From: an uncultured virus (IMG/VR IMGVR_UViG_3300045923_000198)
Lineage: Duplodnaviria > Heunggongvirae > Uroviricota > Caudoviricetes
Direction: 5' to 3' (one strand)
IMG/VR virus record: IMGVR_UViG_3300045923_000198
DNA length: 64,000 bases
Below the pieces are notes generated by a model. That model was not told the DNA's origin, ran no database searches, and saw nothing but the letters and a program-made list of their open reading frames with translations. Numbering within the stretch: position 1 is the first letter of the stretch; each line of letters starts with the position of its first letter. Below are positions 36,848 through 45,895 of this stretch, piece by piece. The position numbers and the translations under genes are program-made.

Positions 36848-37824
36848 CCTTCGTCGTCGTCTCGAAGGTGATCCCAAGCACTCGGCTTGCTCGCGTACTC
36901 GGTTGCGCGAGCAAGAGCCGAAGGGCGAACCTCGACAGGAGCGGGACGTCCGGCCGCCTGACGTTCGGCCACCTGCTCACGGAAGCTCGGGGGAAGGCGG
37001 CTCTGCGCGATCTGTCGGGCTTCTTCCCGAGACATCATCTGACGCGCTGGACGAGGAGCCTCGGTCACGACCGGGTAGCGCCCCGCCTGTCCGACCTGGA
37101 TACGAGGTCCCCCGATGGGGGCACGCTGCGGGGGACGGTACCCCGCCAGCTCGGCATCCATCTCGTTGTCGAAGCTGATCTCGTTGTTCGAGGCCATGCG
37201 AGACATGCCCATGGCCGCCATGACCTGGCGCTCCTCGGCTGCTTCCTGCGCCCAGATCGAGTCGAGGTTACCACTGGACGATCCGTAGCTCGGGTCGAGC
37301 AGCTCTTCGGCACCCTCTGTGTTCCAGAGTCCCTGAAGCGACTCGACCGCGAGGCCGCCACCCTGCGAGGCAACGCGAGAGGTGCCGGGCGTCGGATCCG
37401 CAAGCATCTGCTCGATGTCCGCGTCAATGGACGCCGAGTTGCCCCAGAAGTCCATGTCGATCTCGAACTGACCCCGTGCCGGCTGCCGCGGTGCAGGCGC
37501 ACTGGCCATGCGCTGTTGGACCGGAGCAGGTCGCTGCGGAGGAAGCGCGATGCGTTGCTGTTGCTGGACCGGGGCTGGCCTCTGCACGGGCGCCAGCGGG
37601 TTGTTGACCCGAAGGCCACCCTGGACGGGTCGAGGCGCTACAGGGGCGGCAGGGGGCAGACCCGCTGCCTGCCGGATGGTCATGGGCTGTGGCCGCTTCG
37701 GCGCACGGCTTGCCGCGAGCAGTTGCTTCAACTGGCCCTCGGGGCAACCGCAAGCGCCGGGCACACCATCCACATCGTAAACGGCGGCAGTACAGGTACG
37801 GCAGTAGTCGATCTGGACAGGCAT
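36844..37824 (-). CDS. Pro/Gln-rich low-complexity protein with C-terminal SAWDHLRDDDEG tag
   Basis: 326 aa; N-terminal CxxC...CxC. Confidence 0.72.
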   Translation of the reverse strand: MPVQIDYCRTCTAAVYDVDGVPGACGCPEGQLKQLLAASRAPKRPQPMTIRQAAGLPPAAPVAPRPVQGGLRVNNPLAPVQRPAPVQQQQRIALPPQRPAPVQQRMASAPAPRQPARGQFEIDMDFWGNSASIDADIEQMLADPTPGTSRVASQGGGLAVESLQGLWNTEGAEELLDPSYGSSSGNLDSIWAQEAAEERQVMAAMGMSRMASNNEISFDNEMDAELAGYRPPQRAPIGGPRIQVGQAGRYPVVTEAPRPARQMMSREEARQIAQSRLPPSFREQVAERQAAGRPAPVEVRPSALARATEYASKPSAWDHLRDDDEG

Positions 37825-37902
37825 AACAGTTCCCTCTAAGGAGGGTTGATAAGCGGTTTCGTCGGTGTAAAGGGGCTACATGCGCACCCCCAAGAGGAGC
37901 TG

Positions 37903-38193
37903 ATGGACGAGACCAGGGCGCCGCCGCTCTCGGATCCCCGTTGGAAGGAGTGGTCGCAACCGCTTCTCGACTTCCTCCAGACCCCTCGGAACTGGAAGCA
38001 GCTCAACGCGTGGTGCCGCGAGACGAAGTTCAACGGGGCCAAGCTGCGCCACTGCTTGGCGTGGTTGGAGACGTTCGGGCACATCTACTCTCTCGACCAG
38101 GAAGGCGTCCTCTTTTGGGTCGCCTCGGTCATCCGTGTCGGAGAGGTGACCAGCGAATTCGGGCCGCCGGGTGAACCTTCTATGCAAAACTGA
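37903..38193 (+). CDS. hypothetical protein
   Basis: AGGAG SD; start overlaps the stop of a 7-codon uORF. Confidence 0.6.
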   Translation: MDETRAPPLSDPRWKEWSQPLLDFLQTPRNWKQLNAWCRETKFNGAKLRHCLAWLETFGHIYSLDQEGVLFWVASVIRVGEVTSEFGPPGEPSMQN

Positions 38194-38197
38194 GAGC

Positions 38198-39370
38198 GTG
38201 AGCTACCGCGTAGCCCTCCGTTTTCTACTCGCTCGGGCGCAACTCGCCCCGGCGCTTGACCAGGTCGAGCACCTCGTCAAGGCGCAGAAGTGGCGCGAGG
38301 CTCTCGATGCCATCCGGGAGTTCGGCAAGACCCTCGGAGTGTTCTTCACGGGCGACAGCTACCGAGTCAGCACCGAGTGGTTCAGCGGTCTTGACCGCGA
38401 GGACAAGGACATGTTCCTGTCCTTCGTGAAGATCCTGCACAACCTGTTCGAGATGGTCCACCCGTTCTCGGTCAACGCTCCGTGGGCCAAGGAAGACGAC
38501 CGCTGGTACGCGTGGGTTGAGTCTCTTCGTCGGGACCTGCCGCAGGTGCAGGATCTCATGCGTGACGAGAGCGATGCCTTCAAGCACGGCAAGTTCCAGA
38601 TCCTCCCGCTGAAGGGAGTGACGAACACGGACGAAGCCGTCAAGACACTCGATGAGGCATCGGGCCACATCCAGAGCAAGTTTCCGCAGGTGCTCTACGG
38701 CAAGGTCTACATCCGCAAGGACCTGCATCCCAAGGGCAGCTACGAGGCGCGACCTGGGGCGGCGAGCGGCGGTCAGGTCGCGGGCGCGTACCAGGGCACT
38801 ACGGACACGATCACGTTGAGCATGTACGCGACGCCCGAGCGCAACAGCGTCATGACCCTCATCCACGAGTTCGGGCACCGCTACCACACACGCTTCTTGC
38901 ACGGCGACTTGCGGGAGAAGTTCATCCAGCTCTCGACCGTGGGCGACATCGTGGAAGAGCACTTCTCGCTGTCCGAGCGTGAGAAGTTCGCCGACGAGTA
39001 CATCGCCCGCAAGAAGGGCTTCCGGGATGACGAGAGCTTCGGGATGGACGGTCCCGTGCACCTGTCACCGCGGGCCGACTTCTTCTTCGACAACTTCCCG
39101 CGCGACGAGTTCAAGGCGCAGGTCATCCCTATCATGCGCAAGTTCGACGACGGGGACGACTCGGTTATCCCAGCCTTTAGGAAGGCCCTCGCGCGGTCGC
39201 AGTTCGGCGGCAACCTCGGGGTCGTCAAGGACCCCGATAACGTCAAGCCGGTCTACGCGTCCACCTACGGTGAGACCTCGTGGGAAGAGAACTTCGCCGA
39301 GAGCTTCCTTGCCTTCTGCATGCACAAGGTGCTGCCCGAGCCTCTTCAGCGTTTCATGGAGTCGCTCTGA
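38198..39370 (+). CDS. zincin-like metallopeptidase domain protein with N-terminal RVALRF motif
   Basis: TLIHEFGHRYH...STYGETSWEENFAESF. Confidence 0.8.
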   Translation: MSYRVALRFLLARAQLAPALDQVEHLVKAQKWREALDAIREFGKTLGVFFTGDSYRVSTEWFSGLDREDKDMFLSFVKILHNLFEMVHPFSVNAPWAKEDDRWYAWVESLRRDLPQVQDLMRDESDAFKHGKFQILPLKGVTNTDEAVKTLDEASGHIQSKFPQVLYGKVYIRKDLHPKGSYEARPGAASGGQVAGAYQGTTDTITLSMYATPERNSVMTLIHEFGHRYHTRFLHGDLREKFIQLSTVGDIVEEHFSLSEREKFADEYIARKKGFRDDESFGMDGPVHLSPRADFFFDNFPRDEFKAQVIPIMRKFDDGDDSVIPAFRKALARSQFGGNLGVVKDPDNVKPVYASTYGETSWEENFAESFLAFCMHKVLPEPLQRFMESL

Positions 39371-40373
39371 GGGTACCCGGCAAGGGCTGGGGCTTCCAAC
39401 CGACGAGGCGATGGTTCAGATCCTTGATCCAGTCCTCGTAGTTCCGGATCTTCTGCTCGCGTCCCTCGGCGTCGAGTGGGATCTGCTCCTTCCTGCGGGT
39501 CAAAAGTTCGATGAACGACTTGGTGCCCTCGGGGCTGACCTCGAAAGGCACAAGGCCGGTACCGAAGCACGGACCTGAGTGCCAGCTCTGGTTCCAGACA
39601 CCCTTCTGTCGGTCGCCGCCTACCTGCCAGCCGTGCCGCATGAGGACGCCGCCCCCGACGAGCTTCACGTTCTTGAAGCAGCACGGGCAGGTGCCTGTGT
39701 TCTCGATGTCACGCACGGTGGACGGGCGCAAAGCGCGGTCCACGACTTCGGCGCCGACCGAGGAGAGCACTTGCGCGGCGCTTTCCTTCAAGCCGTTCTT
39801 GTAGAGGAAGGTCCAGAGCCTAGCTTGAGGCAGCTCACCGTGCGCATCCGGGGCGAACTGCAACACCTGTCCCGCCGCCGCGAGCGTCCAACCTTCCTTG
39901 CCGATCCACGCCTTCTTCATCGCGATCGTCCACTTGTGGCCAGCGCCAGAAGGGACTGGTTCCTCGTGAGGGGCCTTGCTGAGGCCCGAGACGTAGACGA
40001 TGCCAGGCTCGGGATTGCTCGGCTCGGAGGAGACCTCCGTGAACTTGTGGCGCGTGTCGTGGAGAAGCTGCTTGGCGACGTCCTCGGACATGAGCCAGAG
40101 GCGATCGTTGTAGACGTGGCTGTTGCGGAAGATGTCGGGCGAGGTGAAGGGAGCCTTCTCCCAAAAGTCGTCTTGGGAGAGCTTGACCGCGATGGGGTGG
40201 GCGGTGAGGGTCCAACCGAGGAGCGGTGCGACCTCGGAGATGACCTCCAACGAGAGCCCAGTGCCCTTGATACCCTTGGCGGCCTTGGTCAGAAAGGCGA
40301 GCGCCTCACGACTGAGGCTGGAAGCCTGGCGGTCGAGGAAACGTGAGAGCACCCTGTCGGAGATGGGGGTCAC
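39354..40373 (-). CDS. hypothetical protein with N-terminal RVLSRF motif
   Basis: GTCPCC...MRHGW...CFGTGLVPFEVS C-terminal module. Confidence 0.75.
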   Translation of the reverse strand: MTPISDRVLSRFLDRQASSLSREALAFLTKAAKGIKGTGLSLEVISEVAPLLGWTLTAHPIAVKLSQDDFWEKAPFTSPDIFRNSHVYNDRLWLMSEDVAKQLLHDTRHKFTEVSSEPSNPEPGIVYVSGLSKAPHEEPVPSGAGHKWTIAMKKAWIGKEGWTLAAAGQVLQFAPDAHGELPQARLWTFLYKNGLKESAAQVLSSVGAEVVDRALRPSTVRDIENTGTCPCCFKNVKLVGGGVLMRHGWQVGGDRQKGVWNQSWHSGPCFGTGLVPFEVSPEGTKSFIELLTRRKEQIPLDAEGREQKIRNYEDWIKDLNHRLVGWKPQPLPGTLRATP

Positions 40374-40404
40374 GTTCTGAGGGTACTACAAGAGAATCCG
40401 TGTG

Positions 40405-41856
40405 TCACCGGCTCTGGGAGAACTGCTTCAAGTGCTCGGGAAGCTCCGGTTTTTCGGCCACGCCTCCGGACATGATCTTCTCGAAGCGCTCCGTGATCTT
40501 GGGGTCCCAAGTCGTGTGCGCGGATGTGATGCCGAAGTTCGTCAACGCGAACAACTCCGCGAACTGCTCCGAGAGTGCTCCGAAGCCATCCTTGGCGCTG
40601 TACGGAGTCGTGTTCCACTCAGACCGGGCGAAGTCCACGGGGACGTGATGCTTGTGGTCGTAGCGGTGCCCCAGCTCGTGGACGATGATGTACTCGAAGC
40701 TACCGTACGACTTGCCCGAACGCGAAAGCACAGCAGGGGTTGCGCGAACGAGCAACGTGTCCGAGTCCGACTTGTACTTGCCGCTTGCGTGCGAGCCGCC
40801 GAAGTCCGCAGGGCTCGCGAGGACTACCTTGAGGCCGCCCGTGAGGGCTCCCTTGCGCCAGCCCTTCAAGTCCTTGAAGATCGCATCGAGGCGTCCAGCG
40901 TACAGGGCGAGCTTCTTCTCGTCGAAGCCGACGCTGTTGATGAAGACGTTGCCGTCGAGCTTCAGTTCTTTCGGAACGACCTTGCCGCCCTCGGAAGAGA
41001 AGTAGCGCGTGAGGGCGTCGAGCTGCGGTTCGATCTTCGACCATGCAGCCTCAATGGTGTCCCGAACACCCTTCTCTCGCTCGGGCGTGGCCATGTCGTG
41101 CATGTTGATGCCGGACTTGAGCCACCAGTGCAGCTTGAGCATCTCCTCCTTGAGCGCCTTCTGACCCTTCGGAGTCTTGGACGAGAGGATGGCGAAGTTG
41201 TCGGTCATCCAGTCCGCGATCTCAGTGCCTTTGGCTACCTGCAACGGGGAGTCCGCGAACAGTTCCTTCATCTTGCGCTGGAAGTCGTTGGCAAGAGAGG
41301 CGGTCACATAGCTTCGTGCCGCAACGCGCAGGGACAACGTCTCGTCTTCCTGCTCCGCCTCCAGGGGCAGCTTGACCACGATACGGTTCGCCCCCTTGTC
41401 GCCGCCCCAGACCACGATCTCATCGACGGTCCAGGTGACGGGGTCGATGGGTTGGTCAGCCGGCTGAGGTCCGCTGTCCTCGTACGCAAGGGTCACGTGC
41501 GGGCGGTACTCCGGGTACTTCTTGCTGTACTCAATGCCGGCGGCGTCGAAGGCAGCGCAGAGGTTCTTGCGGAACTCGTGCAGCGCCGGGGACTCGATGA
41601 GGGCGACGATAGGCACACCATCGTCCCCGGACTTGAAGGACGAGATGACCTTCGTGCTCACCTGGAACGGAGCTGTCCTACGAGCCGTGACGTATGCCAC
41701 GATGGCCGCCTGCGCCACCTGTTCGATGGGCACGTCCTTGCCAAGGTGGTGGATCGTGACGTGGTGGTGGTCCTCAGGCTCTAGCTTGCCTGGCACCTCG
41801 TACTGACCGAGGACATCACTGACCTCGGTAGGAACCTTGAGCCCGATGAACGCCAC
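40405..41856 (-). CDS. 2H phosphoesterase domain fused to zincin-like domain
   Basis: HVTI...YRPHVTL; linker LSLRVAARSY; IIVHELGHRYD...SEQFAELF. Confidence 0.82.
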   Translation of the reverse strand: MAFIGLKVPTEVSDVLGQYEVPGKLEPEDHHHVTIHHLGKDVPIEQVAQAAIVAYVTARRTAPFQVSTKVISSFKSGDDGVPIVALIESPALHEFRKNLCAAFDAAGIEYSKKYPEYRPHVTLAYEDSGPQPADQPIDPVTWTVDEIVVWGGDKGANRIVVKLPLEAEQEDETLSLRVAARSYVTASLANDFQRKMKELFADSPLQVAKGTEIADWMTDNFAILSSKTPKGQKALKEEMLKLHWWLKSGINMHDMATPEREKGVRDTIEAAWSKIEPQLDALTRYFSSEGGKVVPKELKLDGNVFINSVGFDEKKLALYAGRLDAIFKDLKGWRKGALTGGLKVVLASPADFGGSHASGKYKSDSDTLLVRATPAVLSRSGKSYGSFEYIIVHELGHRYDHKHHVPVDFARSEWNTTPYSAKDGFGALSEQFAELFALTNFGITSAHTTWDPKITERFEKIMSGGVAEKPELPEHLKQFSQSR

Positions 41857-41989
41857 GCTCCTACCGGCACACAAGAAGGCTAGTAGCGGCGGCCTCCACG
41901 GCATACGCCACGGATGTAGCTGGGATTTTACGGGACATGCTGGACCCCCAATACACCGGGCCAGGATTTCCTTTTACCCCCACTGGGCT

Positions 41990-42241
41990 GTGGAAGCACT
42001 GACTCGACTCTGTGAAGCTGTACGAACGCTCTCCCCTCAGGGAGAAGTGCGGTTCAGGGGTGTCCCTGATCGCGAAGACTATTGGGTGTGCAACGTGTGG
42101 GTCAGCGACGTGATCCTGTTTCAGTCGGCCGCCGGCCCGTTGGACGAGGTCATCGACCAGGTTCTCTCGAAGATTAAGGCCATGTCGCAGCGGGCTCTTC
42201 GTATTCTGGGACCTGACGGCAACCCACCCGACACGGTGTAA
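41990..42241 (+). CDS. hypothetical protein
   Basis: GTG start; 83 aa. Confidence 0.55.
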   Translation: MEALTRLCEAVRTLSPQGEVRFRGVPDREDYWVCNVWVSDVILFQSAAGPLDEVIDQVLSKIKAMSQRALRILGPDGNPPDTV

Positions 42242-42253
42242 GATCCGGCGCCG

Positions 42254-42589
42254 ATGGCGCCAACCGATCCTCCGGAACCGTTCATCATCATCCATGGCCG
42301 CCGTTCAGGCATGAGCGCCATGAGTGCCCTGATCAATGGCGCGCTGCGCGAGTTCACAGACGCGTTGAGCCTCGGCCCGTGGTGGAACGAGTCGTTCAGC
42401 TCGAATGAGATCCGTGTCCTTCACAAGGTCTTGCAACCACCCGCCAAGCACAAGAAGAAGCCGAAGAGGCGTCGTAGACGCAACAACCCGCGACCGAATC
42501 GCCGGCGCAAGGCACAGAAGCTACGCGCTGCGAAACAGCGCCCGACGTGGTATCAACACATCACAGATGGGGATGAAGGCCATGAGTGA
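42254..42589 (+). CDS. basic protein with C-terminal TWYQHITDGDEGHE tag variant
   Basis: K/R-rich stretch; ATG 13 nt after GGTGTA. Confidence 0.65.
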   Translation: MAPTDPPEPFIIIHGRRSGMSAMSALINGALREFTDALSLGPWWNESFSSNEIRVLHKVLQPPAKHKKKPKRRRRRNNPRPNRRRKAQKLRAAKQRPTWYQHITDGDEGHE

Positions 42590-43025
42590 CGACGACCAGA
42601 GACTTCCAGAAGGACGACCGGGTGAACTGGTCATCGGCACATCACCTGAGCGCATCCTCGTCCGCATCGCTGCCGATGGCACGTTGACCTACGGCCCCGA
42701 GTACACGCCCGACGAAGCCGCACAGGTCTTCTGGCAGGCTCTCGCTCGTCAGCGTGAGGGCGGCGAGGAGAAGATGGTGCTGCTCGCCCACGTCGAGAAG
42801 CTACTTGCACGCATCGGGGAGCAAGACTTGCGGACCGAGACGGCTCGGATGCAGGCCAGCGAGACCAAGAGCGCGCACGACGAGTTCCAGGCAGAACGCG
42901 CCACGGGCCAGCTCGAAGTTCTCGTACACGAGCTGATCGAACTGGCCCGTGGCATCGCCCTTCGTGACCGGGACAATGCCAAGGCTGCACCGCCCAAGGG
43001 CGCTCCACCGAGCACCCTGAACTAG
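42582..43025 (+). CDS. hypothetical protein
   Basis: YTPDEAAQVFW motif; coupled. Confidence 0.7.
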   Translation: MSDDDQRLPEGRPGELVIGTSPERILVRIAADGTLTYGPEYTPDEAAQVFWQALARQREGGEEKMVLLAHVEKLLARIGEQDLRTETARMQASETKSAHDEFQAERATGQLEVLVHELIELARGIALRDRDNAKAAPPKGAPPSTLN

Positions 43026-43486
43026 TATTCGTCGTCGCCCATAAGGCGCCGCCAGGCCGTGAGGATGATGCCCTCCTTGAGCCTGGCCTTCGCGTGCTTG
43101 ATGACGCGTTCGCAAGTCTTGACGTCGAAGCGGCCGATGTGCGCGGTCTCCTTCGTCATCCCGAGCTTCTGTGCGAGCCACTTGTAGGCGTCGTCCCGGC
43201 TCATCTTCCCGGTCTTCCAGAGCTGGTCGAAGATCTCGTGAGCGCGCATGCGGGCCTCACGTGTGAGCGTGTCCCCCGGGGTGCCCATCGGCGAACCGTC
43301 CGGGTGTGCCCCGTGTGTTCCACGGCACGTCGGGTAGCGTGCGCACCCGTAGAAGTGGCCGGTAGGCAGAGCGATGAGGCGCATCTTGGACATGCCGCAC
43401 TCGCCGCAGGTGAGGTCATCCCTTTCGCCAGGGAACCGCGGTCCGACGTCTTCGAACCCGATGTCCTCGATCATCCCGGGGAGCAT
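43022..43486 (-). CDS. zinc-finger protein (DUF3268/topoisomerase C4-like) with C-terminal TAWRRLMGDDEY tag
   Basis: CGECG...FYGCARYPTC..HGAHPDG.PMGTP...AH..FD.LW...AYKWLA...HIGRFD..C. Confidence 0.8.
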   Translation of the reverse strand: MLPGMIEDIGFEDVGPRFPGERDDLTCGECGMSKMRLIALPTGHFYGCARYPTCRGTHGAHPDGSPMGTPGDTLTREARMRAHEIFDQLWKTGKMSRDDAYKWLAQKLGMTKETAHIGRFDVKTCERVIKHAKARLKEGIILTAWRRLMGDDEY

Positions 43487-43488
43487 GG

Positions 43489-43932
43489 TCAGAGCTGCGC
43501 GGGGATCGTGACCTTGTCCGTCTTCGACGACTGGTAGACGTCCTCTGCCGTGACCCACGAGCACGGCGTTGGCGTGGGGTCGAGAACGATGGAGATGGTG
43601 TCATCGGTCTCACCCTTGACGAGCGAGAACTCGTACAGCCTGGGCTGCTTGCGACGCGTGAAGCATTGGATGCGGTAGTGGCCGTACCCGGTGAGGTCCC
43701 GCTCCCGGACGCGCATCTCGACAGCCTGGGAGCTGGTTGGCGTGCGGATGGTCGTGCGTTGTGTGGCCGAAGCAGCGATGGGGATGGCCACCGGCTTGTC
43801 GTCGGTGCCGTTCGCACGGAAGATCACGAGATCTTCCTCGTCGGCGGTTGTCATGGTCTCGATGCGCACGAAGCCTTCGCCGTCGATCGTCTCGACCTCC
43901 GGCGCATCATCGGTGAGGGTCATACGGATCAT
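43489..43932 (-). CDS. hypothetical protein
   Basis: ATG 10 nt after GGTGTA. Confidence 0.7.
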   Translation of the reverse strand: MIRMTLTDDAPEVETIDGEGFVRIETMTTADEEDLVIFRANGTDDKPVAIPIAASATQRTTIRTPTSSQAVEMRVRERDLTGYGHYRIQCFTRRKQPRLYEFSLVKGETDDTISIVLDPTPTPCSWVTAEDVYQSSKTDKVTIPAQL

Positions 43933-43960
43933 GTCCGGCAATTACACCGAACAGCGTCCC

Positions 43961-44971
43961 TCAGGCGTCGTTCTCCGCCGTCCAGGCCAGGCCGTCCTCG
44001 ACACGCGAGGCGAGCTTGGGGTGGTGCTCCCGGAGCAGAGCCCTGTTCCTGGCCGTGTCAGCGAAGCCGACCAGAACTCCGACCGGACAACCGCCCGGCA
44101 CCTTGATCCACCGCTCGACGGCATCGACGAAGTGGTTGAGCCCTCGAAGGAGCTTCTGGCGCTGCGGGTGTTCGAGCGCCCGCTCCAGGCTGTCAAAGGT
44201 GAGGACGATGCGGTTCACGAGACTGTTCTGCGCCGCGAGCGTCATGACCATGCAGAGCATCTCGGCTTGCTGCGCGGTCGTCTCCACCTTGGTAGTCACG
44301 CCGACCGTGGCGATGAGCTTCTCTTGCGCTTCCGAAAGGGGCTTGCCTCCCGCCCAAAGAAGCGCGGCGTCGAAGACCTCCTGCGCGGGGGTGAGGTTGA
44401 CGCTGTTCTCCTTGACGCGGAACCGTGCCTCCCACAGGAGCCGGTAGAGGTCGTGAGCGAGAAAGCCTTGCTGGTCTACCATTGTGGCCAGCGGCTCCTG
44501 GATGACGAGATCCTCGACGCCGATCAGACCCCAAAGCAGCTCCCACACGCCCTTGCGTGGCGGGCACCACACGGGCAGCACATCACGGCAGTCCGCCGGG
44601 ATCGAAGCCTCGCTGAGACGGGCCGTTGCATCCTCGATCACACCGACGTCGAGCCAGTGGGTCGTGTGCGGACCGTACACGTCTTCGACCGTTCCGACGC
44701 GGAACCTCTCCCACTTGGGCGAGAGGTAGCGCTGGAAGTAGAAGCGGCGGTCTTCTCGGCTCGGTCCGGGTATGACGAACATCGGCAAGCGGTCTTCCGA
44801 ATGAAACGTGAGGGTCCAGCGAACGACGCGGTCTATTGGTAGCGAGAATGTGTCCGAGATGAAAGAGGGTCGCGTCGATGACGACGGAGACACCTCCTCG
44901 TCATCGTCCACAGGTTTTGCAGGTACTCGGGGATGGCGTTTCACGGGACGGCCCTTCAGACGGACCCCCAA
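43961..44971 (-). CDS. hypothetical protein
   Basis: TTG 11 nt after GGTGTA; start uncertain. Confidence 0.7.
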   Translation of the reverse strand: MGVRLKGRPVKRHPRVPAKPVDDDEEVSPSSSTRPSFISDTFSLPIDRVVRWTLTFHSEDRLPMFVIPGPSREDRRFYFQRYLSPKWERFRVGTVEDVYGPHTTHWLDVGVIEDATARLSEASIPADCRDVLPVWCPPRKGVWELLWGLIGVEDLVIQEPLATMVDQQGFLAHDLYRLLWEARFRVKENSVNLTPAQEVFDAALLWAGGKPLSEAQEKLIATVGVTTKVETTAQQAEMLCMVMTLAAQNSLVNRIVLTFDSLERALEHPQRQKLLRGLNHFVDAVERWIKVPGGCPVGVLVGFADTARNRALLREHHPKLASRVEDGLAWTAENDA

Positions 44972-45063
44972 CCTTGGGGATCTACACCGAGAGCATCGCC
45001 TTTTTTGGGGGTAAACGCCAGGCACCGCATCTGAATCGGTGGTCGTCCTGGATTTTCCGGCAC

Positions 45064-45519
45064 TTACGGGACGGCGAGCAGGGCTGTCCGCATCCATTCG
45101 GGCACGGGACCCGCCTGATCGAAGCCGAAAGCCGCCCACCGATCCGGCACGTTTCGGAGCTGAAGAACACGGCTCCCCGAGACGACGCTCTGGATCAGGA
45201 GCGCGAGCATCTTCGCGCCCGCGACGCTTTTCTTCTTCTTCAGGACGCCGAACATCTTGGTCGCCGACGCCCCGACCTGCTCACCGCTCCACGCAGACAT
45301 CGACGCGGGCACGAAGAGGTAGCTCTTGACAAGCTCCTCACCCTGCTTCGCGGGAAACGTCTGCACGATCGCGAGAACGAGGGTGGCTTCGAAGAGCGCC
45401 GGATCCTTCTCCTGGAACGAGAAGCCGCGCATCGCGGGGAAGGAGCTGTAAAGGAGGCGCTGCTTCTCGTTCGGTTCTTCGCCGAGGAAGACACGGTGGA
45501 ACTTGTTGGGATCACTCAC
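45064..45519 (-). CDS. hypothetical protein
   Basis: GTG 11 nt after GGTGTA. Confidence 0.65.
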   Translation of the reverse strand: MSDPNKFHRVFLGEEPNEKQRLLYSSFPAMRGFSFQEKDPALFEATLVLAIVQTFPAKQGEELVKSYLFVPASMSAWSGEQVGASATKMFGVLKKKKSVAGAKMLALLIQSVVSGSRVLQLRNVPDRWAAFGFDQAGPVPEWMRTALLAVP

Positions 45520-45895
45520 GACCAGGGACATACACCAGCAAGGCGCAGAAAAAAGTCCGTAGGAAGTTGGCCCGTGCGGTGTACTCCAGGTCTCATGCCC
45601 TCGCTGGGGGTTCGTCCACAAGTTTCCGGTAGTTCTCTTGTAGACGAACCCTCCAAGTCACCGAAGCGAACCCCCGCCCCATCCCCAAAGCGCATGGAAC
45701 TTCTTGCAGTCTGGCCCGAGCGTGACTATCTATCGACGATCTTGTCGAAGGTCAGCTCCCTCGTGCGGCCGGACTCTGTGTCAAATCTCCACGAAATTGC
45801 AGCACTCTGCGCCCCTCGAAGTTTGGGGGACGTGGCTGACGGACGGTCTCATTGCTCGGTTCGCCGAGACAGGACCGCCCGCTATCGGAGGCAAG

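Noticed and set aside
40402..41784. 460-aa plus-strand ORF and similar long shadows (11876-13204, 45752-47257, 58928-60274)
   Set aside because: Opposite better-supported genes; composition typical of antisense frames.
43961..44971. BREX BrxD-like ATPase call from IVLTFDSLE
   Set aside because: No Walker A motif and no other BREX genes nearby.
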